Below are positions 1 through 10,647 of a stretch of DNA of 64,000 bases, piece after piece. Under the pieces are notes generated by a model. It saw only the letters and a list, made by a program, of their open reading frames with translations, ran no database searches and had not been told where the DNA came from. Each line of letters opens with the position of its first letter. Position 1 is the first letter of the stretch. The translations under genes and the position numbers were made by a program. The DNA is from Lama guanicoe (taxonomy: Eukaryota): assembly GCA_013239625.1 (NCBI GenBank), contig MU054096.1, positions 347,098 through 411,097 on the forward strand. Direction: 5' to 3'.

Positions 1-231
1 CGCGCTGGCGGCTGCGGGCTCCCCGCTCCCTGCCTCGCACGAGAGGCTGCCCGAGAACTTCTTGGGCGCTTTGTCTAAGTCCAGCCTCTGAGGCGAGGGG
101 GCCGCTCCCGGGAGGTGGCCGGCGCTCCCGCCACCGCCGCCGCCGCCGCCGCCTCGCGCGCTCTCCAGCGGGTAGAAGTGCGCGCCGGGCAGGTTCACCG
201 AGCTCACCAAGAGCTGCTCCCCTAACTGCAT
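1..231 (-). CDS. EOMES: Eomesodermin (TBR2) T-box transcription factor, first 77 codons of exon 1 (continues beyond the left window edge)
   Basis: Reverse-complement translation from ATG at 231 gives MQLGEQLLVSSVNLPGAHFYPLESARGGGGGGGGGSAGHLPGAAPSPQRLDLDKAPKKFSGSLSCEAGSGEPAAASA, matching the recognised mammalian EOMES N-terminus; no stop codon; lies in a CpG island. Confidence 0.98.
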   Translation of the reverse strand, partial: MQLGEQLLVSSVNLPGAHFYPLESARGGGGGGGGGSAGHLPGAAPSPQRLDLDKAPKKFSGSLSCEAGSGEPAAASA

Positions 232-641
232 GCTTTGCAAAGCGCAGACGGCAGCTGGCTGCTTCCTCTCCTGCCGCGGCCTTATTATAAAGGCAGGATG
301 GGGGAGCCAGCGCCCTCTTCCGAGGGGAAGGTAACTTCCCCTTCCTCCGGTGCGGGGCTACCCACCTGGCGACACGCGGGGCCGCTAAGGCGCGCACTGG
401 CGCGCCCTGAACCCCGCGTCCTTTCCGCAAGGAAAGCGCACCGAGTTTGGAGGCAGGAGATGGAAACTGCCCGAGAAGCTCTCTCCCTTTCTTTCCCCGT
501 CCTTTTTGCCTCTCTGGACCTCTACCCTCCTCCCCCGCACACACAGGAAAAAGAGGTCTTAGGTCTCTCTCCCCATCCACCCACCAGCGCTAGACTTTCT
601 GCCCTTCTCGACCATCGGTCAAGTTGACCACTTGGAAACTT
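232..641 (-). other. EOMES: EOMES 5' UTR (long-leader isoform; TSS estimated near 641)
   Basis: Minus-strand AAGTTTCCAAGTGGTCAACTTGACC starts ~20-28 nt below a TATATAAA box and resembles the human mRNA 5' end as I recall it; exact TSS is inferred. Confidence 0.7.
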
Positions 642-780
642 GCAGGCTGTCATTGGCTGCTTTATATACATGAGGCCAGGGAGGGGCTTTGCGGCCCCAC
701 AGCCTCGGGACCCTCCTATTGGCTGGTGGAGGTGACACTAATTCAATTAGGCATTTACTAATTGGATCAAGTCGCCTGCG
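642..780 (-). promoter_or_regulatory. EOMES core promoter: TATA box, CCAAT boxes, homeodomain and T-box-like sites
   Basis: Minus-strand TATATAAA (668-661); minus-strand CCAAT (plus ATTGG) at ~652-656, 718-722 and 761-765; TAAT/ATTA cluster 739-762; AGGTGACA at 730-737. Confidence 0.75.
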
Positions 781-3700
781 ACTTTCTTTTCCTTTAGCAT
801 GATCTTTTTTTATTTTTTTTAATTTGAGACTCTGTCCTGCTGTGAGAATCAATCCTGGGGTCTGTATTAAGCTGGAGTTTAGGGGAACAGGGTCTCCATA
901 GCAGGGTTCGTGCTTGGCACAGAAGTTGTCGAGTTGTCGCGGCGCTCTGAGCGGGTGATGTGGGGGTGGGAGAGGGTTTCAGAGGCCGGAGGTAGAAATG
1001 CTCTCCAAGCTGATGGCCTGCAGGGAGGCACCGGTCCCCGAGGGTGGGAATCTGGGGCGAGCTGGAGAGAGGCCCAAGCGAAGTCTCTTTCCTCGACAGG
1101 GGCTGAAACTTCAGGCACGCTGTCCTCCTGATTGGGGAGGGCTCTCTGGCTTCCGACACGCAGGAACCACTTTTTGTTCGTCCCATTCTTTTACTCAGTG
1201 GGAAGCGTTTGTGGAGAGGAACCTGGCGTTCGGCTTTTGGGATTCTGGAGACGGCGAGAGCACACTGCCATCCTTGACGACCGAAGCCTGCAGCTTTCTG
1301 AATCAGATGCCCCAGTGCGGTGGGATACCGGGGCCACCCTCATCCCCACTCTAGCACGCCTGCTTTCAGGAGGCAATCACTCTCATTCCCTGCAATTTAA
1401 AATCCACGCCGTTCGGTTTCCCTGAATCCCAGATCCCATCCCCCTGTCCCTCTCATCTTCAGTTGGGCCTGACACCGAGAAACAAAGGTTCCCCAGCAGC
1501 CGCGCGGTTAAGATTCCCTGCGCCTCTCCTCTGCTGCGCAACACAGAAGGTGGAATAATTAGTGAAATAATCAGTTTGATATTGAATTAAGCCCTTTTGC
1601 CCCAGCTGCCTGTTTCTCCCCCTGCGTTTCAGCAGACAGCAGAATCAAGAGTGGTGCCGTCATATTTTATTGTTTTATTAATACAGAAGGTGTGGGGCAC
1701 GTTTCCTTGCGGATAAGAAGAAGCCTGAATGTTTGCTGTGAATAAGCAATTACAGACGCGGCATGTAGTCGCCCCGGGAGCGCATTTTCCGGCTGAGATG
1801 TCAGGACTCCGCTTCCCCCACCGAACGCGATCACGCGGGAAACTCTACACCGGGCGGTCGCTGGATTTGTTGAGCGCGCACACGCCGGTGCAGAGCGTCT
1901 TGAAGCTTTCCAACCTAGGTTCAGCCCTCAGCAGCATCAATATTGGCACGTCTGGGTTAGAGAGCGAGGCGATCCTGAATGCACTCGAATGCTCCAGAGC
2001 GTTTACCAGTTTTTCGCCATAGTGAAAACCCCGGGCGTGCGAAGGTTTTCAGGGTCAAGGCACAGCCACGGCCGGGGAGGGAGGGAGCAAGTTAAGCGAG
2101 TGGGCCCGGGCGGGGGCCTCGTAGGTCCCGGGCACAGCGGATCCCTGGAAAGCTGGCCCAGAGTGCGCGCAGCCAAGCGCTTCTATTTTGACTCACCAGT
2201 TTAGCTGGGGTTTGGCGTGACTCTGTTCTAATCACCCCCATTGTCCACTCCCACCTCCCAGGCTTTTGTTTAATTTTGACCCAGGAAGTCTTGAATTGCA
2301 TCTTTCAAGTCCTCTATGCTTTTAAAGACTTCATGATATTAACGTGGAGGGTCCGTGAAAGGGACTTCGAAGCAAGGAAAGGAAGGGGCCGCGCGGCGTG
2401 GGCAGCTTGGCGAGGCAGCCCGGGCCAGGGGCTCTTGGTACCACTCACCTGCTCCTCCGCATTAGCCTTGACCTGAGCTGCAGGATGTTTGAGGGAAAAG
2501 TAGGGATGCGATCAAATCTCACATTTGGGGGAGACAGAGTAGCCGGAGGTAGGTAGCAGGTTTGCGCTTTATCTCAGCGAGAAAGCGGGCCTCGGTGTCC
2601 CTTCGAAATGCTTTCGAGGCGGCCAGGGAAGCTCTGCGCGTGGCAAAGCGCCATTGCAGGCAACAGGCATCGTTCCGACCCACTCTGGCGCAAATAACGC
2701 GAGCCAGCTGTCCCCCGCGCCACATCAGAAAGGGTTGATTTTATTCCAGCCCCAGAGCAAGCTCTTGAAAGCGCGTGGGTTCATTCGAGTGCTACCTAAT
2801 TATTAAATATATACACGGGATGTATAATCAGGATTAGTGTTGATTCTTGGAGCAGGAAATTGCAGTTTCTAAATCCCCGCCCCCCCCAAAATAGCTATTA
2901 TTTTGCCCAAACTTTAACATATTTTACAGGCGGAGAAACAAAAAGAAATTCAAAGACAATCAAAATTCAGGCTCTACAAAACTGCTCTGGGGCACAGGAT
3001 TTGGGGAACGTGGGGAATAGACACCTAATGTATATTAACTACCTTTATAAATATGTATTACAAATTCCTTTTGAATGTAATGAATAGCACTGTTTCAACG
3101 GAAGATGGTTTTATTCTGACTGCAGAGAGATACAGCTATCTCATTTAATGGTTCTCTTCCATTAATTAACTAATTACATTATTATGATGACATAAGTCAT
3201 CTACTAGTCTAAATTCCTGGAGCGTTATATAGATGATTAAATCTGTGATTGACTTCCTGCTTGAAATGGACTTTCCTTTGCTGGCTCAAGTTTACGTGTA
3301 AGCAGGGAAAGAAACATAAAAATTATTTTCACGTGTCCCAGTCGCACTTTAAAATGTAAGCCCTCTTTTCCAGAAACAGGAACTGAAAAGAAAGTGGCTT
3401 CAGTGAACCAGTCAGGCAGCACCCTCCTTACACTGCGTAGGCAAATAACAGAGCCTTCTAGCCTGTTTGCTGTTTGATTTCAATTACACCCCAAGCTTCA
3501 TGAAATCCAAATGAGACATTTATTGAAAGGTGCCTGGTTTTATGTGGCTCAACTGACAGTGTATTGGAAGACATTGAACAAAAAAGTCAACACAAGGGAG
3601 AGCCCTTGGAACCCCAGACCCAAGTGCCGGCTGGATTAACTCACATCTTGCACCTTTCAGCCTGAGATGGAGCGAGCAGGACCCTTTGAAAGCTACAGGG

Positions 3701-5292
3701 AAGCCAAGGCTAAGTCTGGATGTGAGCCTATTAAAAGGTCTCACGCTCTATTGTCTCAAGTAATAATACCACCTTGATGCTCGCGTCTCATACTGATAAT
3801 ACAAAGTTATTGCCAACCTGGCCAGGTGACCTCTTCACCCCTTTCAGCCTCTTAAAGGTAACCAATATCAGTGCATTCATCTTTTAAAGGCAAAACTGAG
3901 AAGCACCTGGCTGTTACACGACTCTTACCCACCAGATACATACACACGTGTATGAATAAATTACACGGGTGAGTTACAGATGAGTGCAGTGATATATAGT
4001 TTACCCCCCCCCCGCTCCCCCCACACAACCAAGGGGGCCCATATAAATGTCCCAGTAAATTCTATTATTTTCACCCCCACTAAAAATGTGTTATCCAAAC
4101 ACTGTCCGTGTTATTCAAACACTTTGTAAATTCTGAACAGACTTGCTGCCCGTTCTCCTTTTAACCCTAGGAAAACATTCCAACATTAACCGGTCACCAG
4201 CGCTTTGCCTGGACTCTGGGAAAACGTCAATAGGTTTTTTGTGGCGAGTTGGTCCTTTTACTATTTATCTGTGGCTTTTTCTTTGTTGATGTTACATTTT
4301 ATTTCACCATCTCAGGTTCACTCTTTGGCCCTTTGTTCTCTGTTGGCCAGACCAGCCACCTCCACTGTGCTTTCTGAAGGGGGAGTGAGCTTTCTTCACC
4401 AGAAGGTTGTTCATGGTTCACTTTTTTGGTGTTTTTTTTTTTTTTAAAGAAAACGTCCCACAAGATAAAACATTTTGGCAAGAACAAGTGGTGTTGATTT
4501 TGTTGAGAACAACAAGATACTTCCACCAACACTTTCACTTTTATAGGAATTTGAATTCACCCTTACCCTGAAACAGGCTGATCATTTGCTTTCAATAAAT
4601 CACCAGGTCCACAAACGTGTGGGGCAAAGGGTTATATTAAACCCACTGTATTTTTAAACACATCTGACCAATTTAAACTATGATCTTTAGCTATCAATCC
4701 ATATATTTTGATTGCTAAGTGCAATTGTAGGTCACTAGCAAAACATGAAGGGGCAGGAGAATCCTGGAATGAACATTAATAAACATACCCCACATTGCTT
4801 ATTACAAAAAATAAGTGATCTTTTCTTAAACATGAATCAAGGATCTTTTTCTTTACAAAAGTATTTTTTAAACTGCAAATGAAATCCTGGATTTAACTGC
4901 TGTTGTATCACCACCACCACCACCATCATATTTATGGAAGAAGACAGATTCACATAAGTAGCAAGATAATACCACAGGAGGCAAAATCAAGTGCAAGACT
5001 GTCAATGATAAATTATGGGAATGTTTGGCTAAGCACTGCCACATTACAATGTGAGTTATACAGGGGTCCCCCATCTCACTTTTGCACCTCAAAAGGCCTG
5101 GTTCTTAGTAGATATTCATTTCTTAATTGAAAAAAGAAATGAGTTACTAAATCTGTAGACATGAACAGTCAAAAGAGGTCCAAGGACAGTGTCAGATCTC
5201 AGCTTTATAACCATGGGGACAAAGTGAATTTTTTGTTTGTTTCTAAAAGAAAAAGAGAACACAGATGTTCCTAACTTAATAGATTTGGCATT

Positions 5293-5296
5293 TTGT

Positions 5297-5327
<31 letters not shown>

Positions 5328-5450
5328 TTTGGGGGTAGGTGATTAAACTTTTCTTTCTTCCTTTCTTCTTCATGGAGATACTGGGGATTGAACTCAGGAC
5401 TTTGTGCATGCAAGGCACACACTCTACTACTGAGCTCTACCCTCCCCCCC
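5293..5450 (-). mobile_element. Vic-1-like tRNA-derived SINE with (TTTA)n tail
   Basis: Reverse complement gives a GGGAGGTAGAGCTCAG...GTCCTGAGTTCAATCCCCAG A/B-box tRNA head and an AT-rich tail. Confidence 0.9.
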
Positions 5451-7094
5451 ATCATTTTTACGCTTTTTCAGATGTTTTAAATCTTGTCGAGATCTTTCCT
5501 AACCCAGAGTTCTTACATTATCGCAAGGTTCGCCGTGTGCAGGTCAACGTGAAAGTTCTTCCACCGGAAGACAGAGAAGTGAGTGCCGGAATCCCGGTAC
5601 AGCTGTTAGTGGGAACAACCACCGAGGAGAGATAGCACCCCGCACATACATCACTCACACGTCGCTAACCGAGTTGGCAGAAGCAGTGGAAATGAATGTT
5701 TCAACAGAAGGCACCTCTATGACACGGTGCGACAGGATGTCCACTCAACAGGTGGGCTGAATCCAATCCAGTTGACCCAGGCTTCAATATGACCAGGGTG
5801 GCTGGAATCTCCCATCCAGGCCCCTATGTGAGAAATCAGGAGAGGGGAAGTCTGGGTTGGGGAGTTATTCAGCAGAAAGTGTTAAGCCCCGTAAGATAAC
5901 CAAGAAAGGAGAGGGAGGGAGGAGGCGGAGGGAAGGAAGGTCAACAGGAAAGAGACCAAAGAGATCATTCCTCAAACTGCTCTTTTCAGATCCCTAAGAG
6001 GAAAGTAGAACGTTGTCTGCAGAAACGTCTGTGTTGGTGGCTCTACCTTTTTCTAGCTTAGTGGATCTGGGCAAGCTCTCTAACTTCTCTGTCTCCAGTG
6101 CTCACTTGGAATAATAGCACACACAGCATCTAACACACAGGAACGTCTGGAATCTTTCCTATTGCTCCATCACACTTCCACTGAGCCCACTTTTGGCCCT
6201 TCTTATTAGATACCGGGGCTCATGGAGGGCGCAGGGCCCTCAGTCTTCCTCCTCCAGAGATTCTCAGTCTGATCGGGTAGGAGGCCAGGAGAGGGAGGTC
6301 AAAGGCACCGGGAACCAGACATTGGATGCAGGAGTGAGCCGATCAGACGTGAGAGGAGAGCCCCCGGTTGTCCCATCAGCTCCTCTGCGCTTCCCCAGGA
6401 GCGGGGGGCCGCCCAGCGCCCCGCGGGCGAGCGGGAGGGAAGGCGCACTTCAAAGCGAGGCGCGGGCGCGCGGCCGGGGTGCGCCTTCCGCCCGCTCCAG
6501 GCCACCATTAGCATGTGTTTTTCTCCAGCCTCCCGCCCTCCCGCCCCCCGCCGGGATGCTGCCGTTCCGGCCGATTTACTGGTCAAAGAGGGTATTTATT
6601 TCAGGTTTCGCTCCCCACCTCCTCGGTTGAACGCCCGACGACGAAGGAGTTAAGTGAAGAGTCGGAAGCCTCCCGCGGGGCACCCCGAACTGGGACTCCC
6701 TGAAAGGACTTCTTCGTCTGCCGCCCCGGCGGCGGCATCTGCAAGTCGAGAAGACAAGAGCTGGGCAAGATCAACCGTAGAGGGCAGCCTGGAGGAGGCC
6801 GCCGAGTCCAGGTGGACCCGGGTGGTTTAACCGCTCTGCGGGTCCAGGGTGGGGGTTGGGGGGGGCGTGGAGGCTACTCCTCCCATTGATGCTGAGGGGC
6901 CACAGGACAGGAGTGTCTAAGGGGAGCAAAGGGCAGCTGGGATCATTTCCCCACCCCTTTCGGGCTGACTTTTCAAGAACAGAGTTCATCTTCGAGTCCA
7001 CAGTCAAAGGAGGCAAACAATGAAAGCAGCCGCCGCTGACTATAGGCCAGACCCTCTGTTTTACATTTATGACTTTAAAATCAACCCCCTACAC

Positions 7095-7230
7095 TCTTAC
7101 CCTCCCATTTTACAGAAGAGCAAAGTGATGCTTGGAGAGGTGACGGCCCTGTCCGAAGGCACACAGCTAAAAATGGTAGCCTGGGAGTTTGAATCCAGGA
7201 GGCCTGAGCTGCGGGGCTCCCACTGAAGGG
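7095..7230 (-). mobile_element. MIR fragment
   Basis: CCCATTTTACAGAAGAG...AAGGCACACAGCT...GAGTTTGAATCCAGG matches the MIR core in reverse. Confidence 0.7.
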
Positions 7231-7544
7231 TTAAGTATGTGTGAATGGGGCGGGGTGTGGATCGTTGCTTTTCTTTGAGGGGGAAGGCTCTGAGGTGGGC
7301 GTTAGCACGGAGACCCCGCGGGGCTTCGGAGGGGGTAGTGAGGGGACCGCATTCGGCGCCCATCTGCGGCCGCCGGACTTTTAGGCTGAATCTCTCTGGA
7401 GGAAGCTGTGCCCCATGACTCCACCCTAAATCCCATCCTGGGTTCGAGTTGATCCTTCTTGCTTGGGGTAAGCTTAGCAGGGGTGCACTGCTCTCTACAA
7501 GCTAGGGCTGGACCAGGCCCTTGGCATACAATGTCCCACCGCAC

Positions 7545-7680
7545 AAAGGGAGGTACTTTTATCATCCCCATTTTACAGAGAGGAAACCCGAGGCTGCAAG
7601 AGGCAAAGGAAACTTGCTCGAGGGCGCACGACTTGTGAGCAGCAGGTCCGGGTGGATCTGGTAGCTGGGGAGGCCGCGCG
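7545..7680 (-). mobile_element. MIR fragment inside the CpG island
   Basis: ATCATCCCCATTTTACAGAGAGGAAACCCGAGGCT MIR core motif. Confidence 0.7.
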
Positions 7681-9597
7681 CTTTCCCTGGAACTCTGAAA
7701 ACTGGGGTCTCTCGGTCTTGAGCTTTAATGGAGAACTGGGGTCTTTCGGACTCCAGCTTTCGCCGAAAGGCGATCGGCAGAGGGGGAGGCGCCGAAGCAA
7801 GGCCAGTTCTGCACCTTCTGCCTGCCGGGTTTCCTCTTCTCTTAGCCTTCCCAGCCGCGGGTCCCAAGGGCCAGGGCTGGGATTTGGAGCCCTTTTCGCC
7901 TCTAGGGCAGACACTCGAAGCCCCTGAATTGCGGACTGGCCTGCGGGGTGGGAAGCGGGACTGCCTGGTGGGCCAGGCCCCCCCACCCCCGCTGCGCGCC
8001 GGGCTTCTGCGGCCGCCCCCACCCCGCGATGCGCAGCTCGGGGACGCGCCTCGCGCTCAGAGCAGCGGACTCCACCTCCAGGGAGCCTCCCAGGGCTCCG
8101 AGCGCGCGGCAAACGCCCGCCTCCCTGGGCACTGTCGCTCCCACCGCCGCCCCGGGAGGCGGCCTGAGCGAAAAATGCCGATTCCAGGCAGAGGCTGGAA
8201 CTCACGCGTCTGCGCCCGAGCCAGCAAAGGCCTCTCTGGGCGCGCGTTCCTGGTTTTTGCCTTGCCGCCGGCTTCCAACTCCAAAGACACTCTGGGTTGT
8301 ATTCGGGCAGTCGAGGGCCTCAGTTTTCCCTCGATCCTTTTGTCTTGAATAAAAATATATGGCGGAGGGGGTCCCCACATATTTCCCACAGCCCCCTACC
8401 TTTGCCTTTTCACACAGGAGAACCTTTCTCCCTGTGTGTTAGGTAAGCGTCACAGGTAGTGACTAATTTGGACTTGTCCTCCACCAACCAGAGATAAACG
8501 TGGCTGTGTTATTATATGTACTCTGGTGTGTTTCTACAATAAAATACAATAGGATATGTTATGTACAGCATCCAGCAATATATTATATAAAATCAATAAA
8601 TATTTTAAAACATACTTGCACAAGGCTTAAGAAACTCAAAAAGCCACCCGGTTGCAACGTCTCGCGCCTCTGCCTGCTGGCCACCACGGTTAATTTCTTG
8701 TGTATTTCCGGCGCTTGGTATATATACATTGGTACCAGTAAGTTAAGTGTATGTACTCGAATTTCCCCGTCTGTCCCCTACCCATCCTCTCGCTTTTATA
8801 TACACTATTCAACATCTTGCTTTTTTTTCACTTAAAATGCATCTTTAAGTTGGTTCTTGGAGAAGTCGGGGTTTTTGCTAGCTCAACACAAACCCTGGGG
8901 CACAACTGGCGGGAAACGCTTGGATAAATTACACGGGCGCTGGGATGGGGGGCTTTCCTTGCAGCTCCCGGTCCTCTGGGATGTCGCCTGCGGATCTGCG
9001 CCCGCGGAAGCTCGCGGCTGGAGCGGAGGTTTGCGCCGGGGAAGGCACAGCGCCCCCTCGCTCCGCGCGCGCGGAACCCCGCCTGAGCCTCGCTGTAGGA
9101 GTTTCCCTTCCTTTGAGACCCTCCCATTGTTTGTCCCCCAAGACCCCAGAAGTGGGTAAACAACCTCACGGACCTGCCTGTGCTCTGCTGGCTCCTGGGC
9201 TGGGGAGCGATCTGTTAGACAGCGCATTGCTGATCAAAGCGGAGGACCTGGAGGGGACAGTCAGTCCCATTAACATCTCGCTTGGCTTGGTTGCTGGTGG
9301 CGGGTGAAGTTGGACAGGCGCAGGCCAGAAATGCGTGTTACCAGAGGCCCAAGGAGTGACCCGACCTGAATTACTTCCTAAAATCCCTTTAACTCTTGAA
9401 GAAGACCTAGCTCCCTAAGCTTGTGCTTAGAAGGGGCGCAGGGAGGCTCAGGTCATAGCAGGCGACGGGACGCTGGGGTACAGCACTGGACGAGGTTGAC
9501 AAGGAAAAGCTTCCATGTTCCCCAGGAGCAGGTGGAAGATACAGACATCATGATGAATAGTTAAGAGAATATCCAAAAATCATTACACAGGGTAATG

Positions 9598-9773
9598 CAG
9601 GGTTTCCCAGTCTTGGCAGAATCACCTGGGGAGCTCTGAAAAATCCCCATGTCCGGGTGGCACCCCAGAACAATTACATCAGAATTTCTCAGAGAGAGAC
9701 CCAGGCTTCAGTAGTAGTAGTAGTAAAAGATCTCCAGGTGATTCCAATATGCAGCAAAGTTGGAGAACTGCTG
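9598..9773. mobile_element. MER5A-like hAT-Charlie MITE
   Basis: CAG...CTG termini; internal AGAATCACCTGGGGAGC and CCAGGTGATTCC motifs typical of MER5. Confidence 0.75.
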
Positions 9774-10517
9774 GGTTTATGGGTTTGTGGGCTGGAGGAG
9801 TTCTTTCAGAAGAGTTGATGTTTGAGCTCAGAAGTGAATGGGAACATGCTGTGCCCGGTCCTGTGCTTGTTCATGCTCTGGGGGTGGCGGTGCAGATGGC
9901 AGAAAGGGCGGTTTAAGAGCAGAAGAAGACAAGGGATAGTTAAGCATCTTGTTACTGTACTTTGCTTCCCTGGGAGTCTCAATTTCCCAGTTCCTAGGGA
10001 AGCTTTGAAGACGACCAGAAAAGACCTGGTTTAAAATGATTGCTTTAAAGACAAAATTTAAAAATCAAATAATGCATGGAAATATTTAAAAAATAGAATA
10101 ATGATGGAAAGCTGCTGACAGCAACCTCATGAGATATTTCATGAGGACATTTCATCAAATCTAAGATGCCATCCGTTAACAGGCATCATCATTTTGTTGG
10201 CCACTAAGAAACGAAAAAGCCTGCTCCTAAATTTTTTTCTTTGTGCTTATTGAAAGAATGGCTTATGTAGGCAGTGCTGTTTTCGTATTTCACTCATACA
10301 CACATAAATAGCAAAGTAAAAACTGTGAGCACAGGCAGTAACAGCTATGTCACAACTGCCACCTGGCTGGCAGTGATTGTAAGACCCCGTTGATTGTTGC
10401 TTGTGGATTTCCAGAAATTAAAAGATGTGTCATAGAATGGACGCAAGCCAGGGTCGGCCAACCAGCTCACCTTTCAGCTCACTGAACTATCACAATAACC
10501 ATATGAGGTAGGAACTA

Positions 10518-10647
10518 TTATTTTGTGGGGGGAGGAGGTAATTGATTGATTGATTGATTGATTGATTGGTGGAGGTACTGGGGATTGAACCCAGGACCTC
10601 CTGCATGCTAAGCGTGGGCTCCACCACTTGGGCTATACCCTCCCCCC
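10518..10647 (-). mobile_element. Vic-1-like SINE with (ATTG)n microsatellite tail
   Basis: tRNA-like head; TSD core AGGAACT at 10511 and 10648. Confidence 0.9.

Larger units (their letters stand above)
1..2780. promoter_or_regulatory. Promoter-associated CpG island / CpG-rich domain of EOMES
   Basis: Dense CpG and CGCG tracts at 1-480, 900-1520 and 1750-2780; no recognisable repeats, as is typical of developmental transcription-factor promoters. Confidence 0.85.
6330..9120. promoter_or_regulatory. Upstream CpG-island cluster about 6-8.5 kb above the EOMES TSS
   Basis: GC/CpG-rich blocks at ~6400-6870, 7300-7380, 7620-8330 and 8930-9100; overlapping long ORFs on both strands reflect GC content only. 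Confidence 0.8.

Noticed and set aside
235..627. 130-aa plus-strand ORF
   Set aside because: Antisense to the EOMES 5' UTR, non-ATG start, GC-rich, no recognisable protein.
4903..5130. Poly-His ORF
   Set aside because: Short (CAC)n repeat in non-coding DNA with a non-ATG start.
7562..8389. Overlapping ~200-aa ORFs on both strands
   Set aside because: Ala/Arg/Pro/Gly-rich products expected from stop-poor CpG-island DNA; no domain or exon structure.
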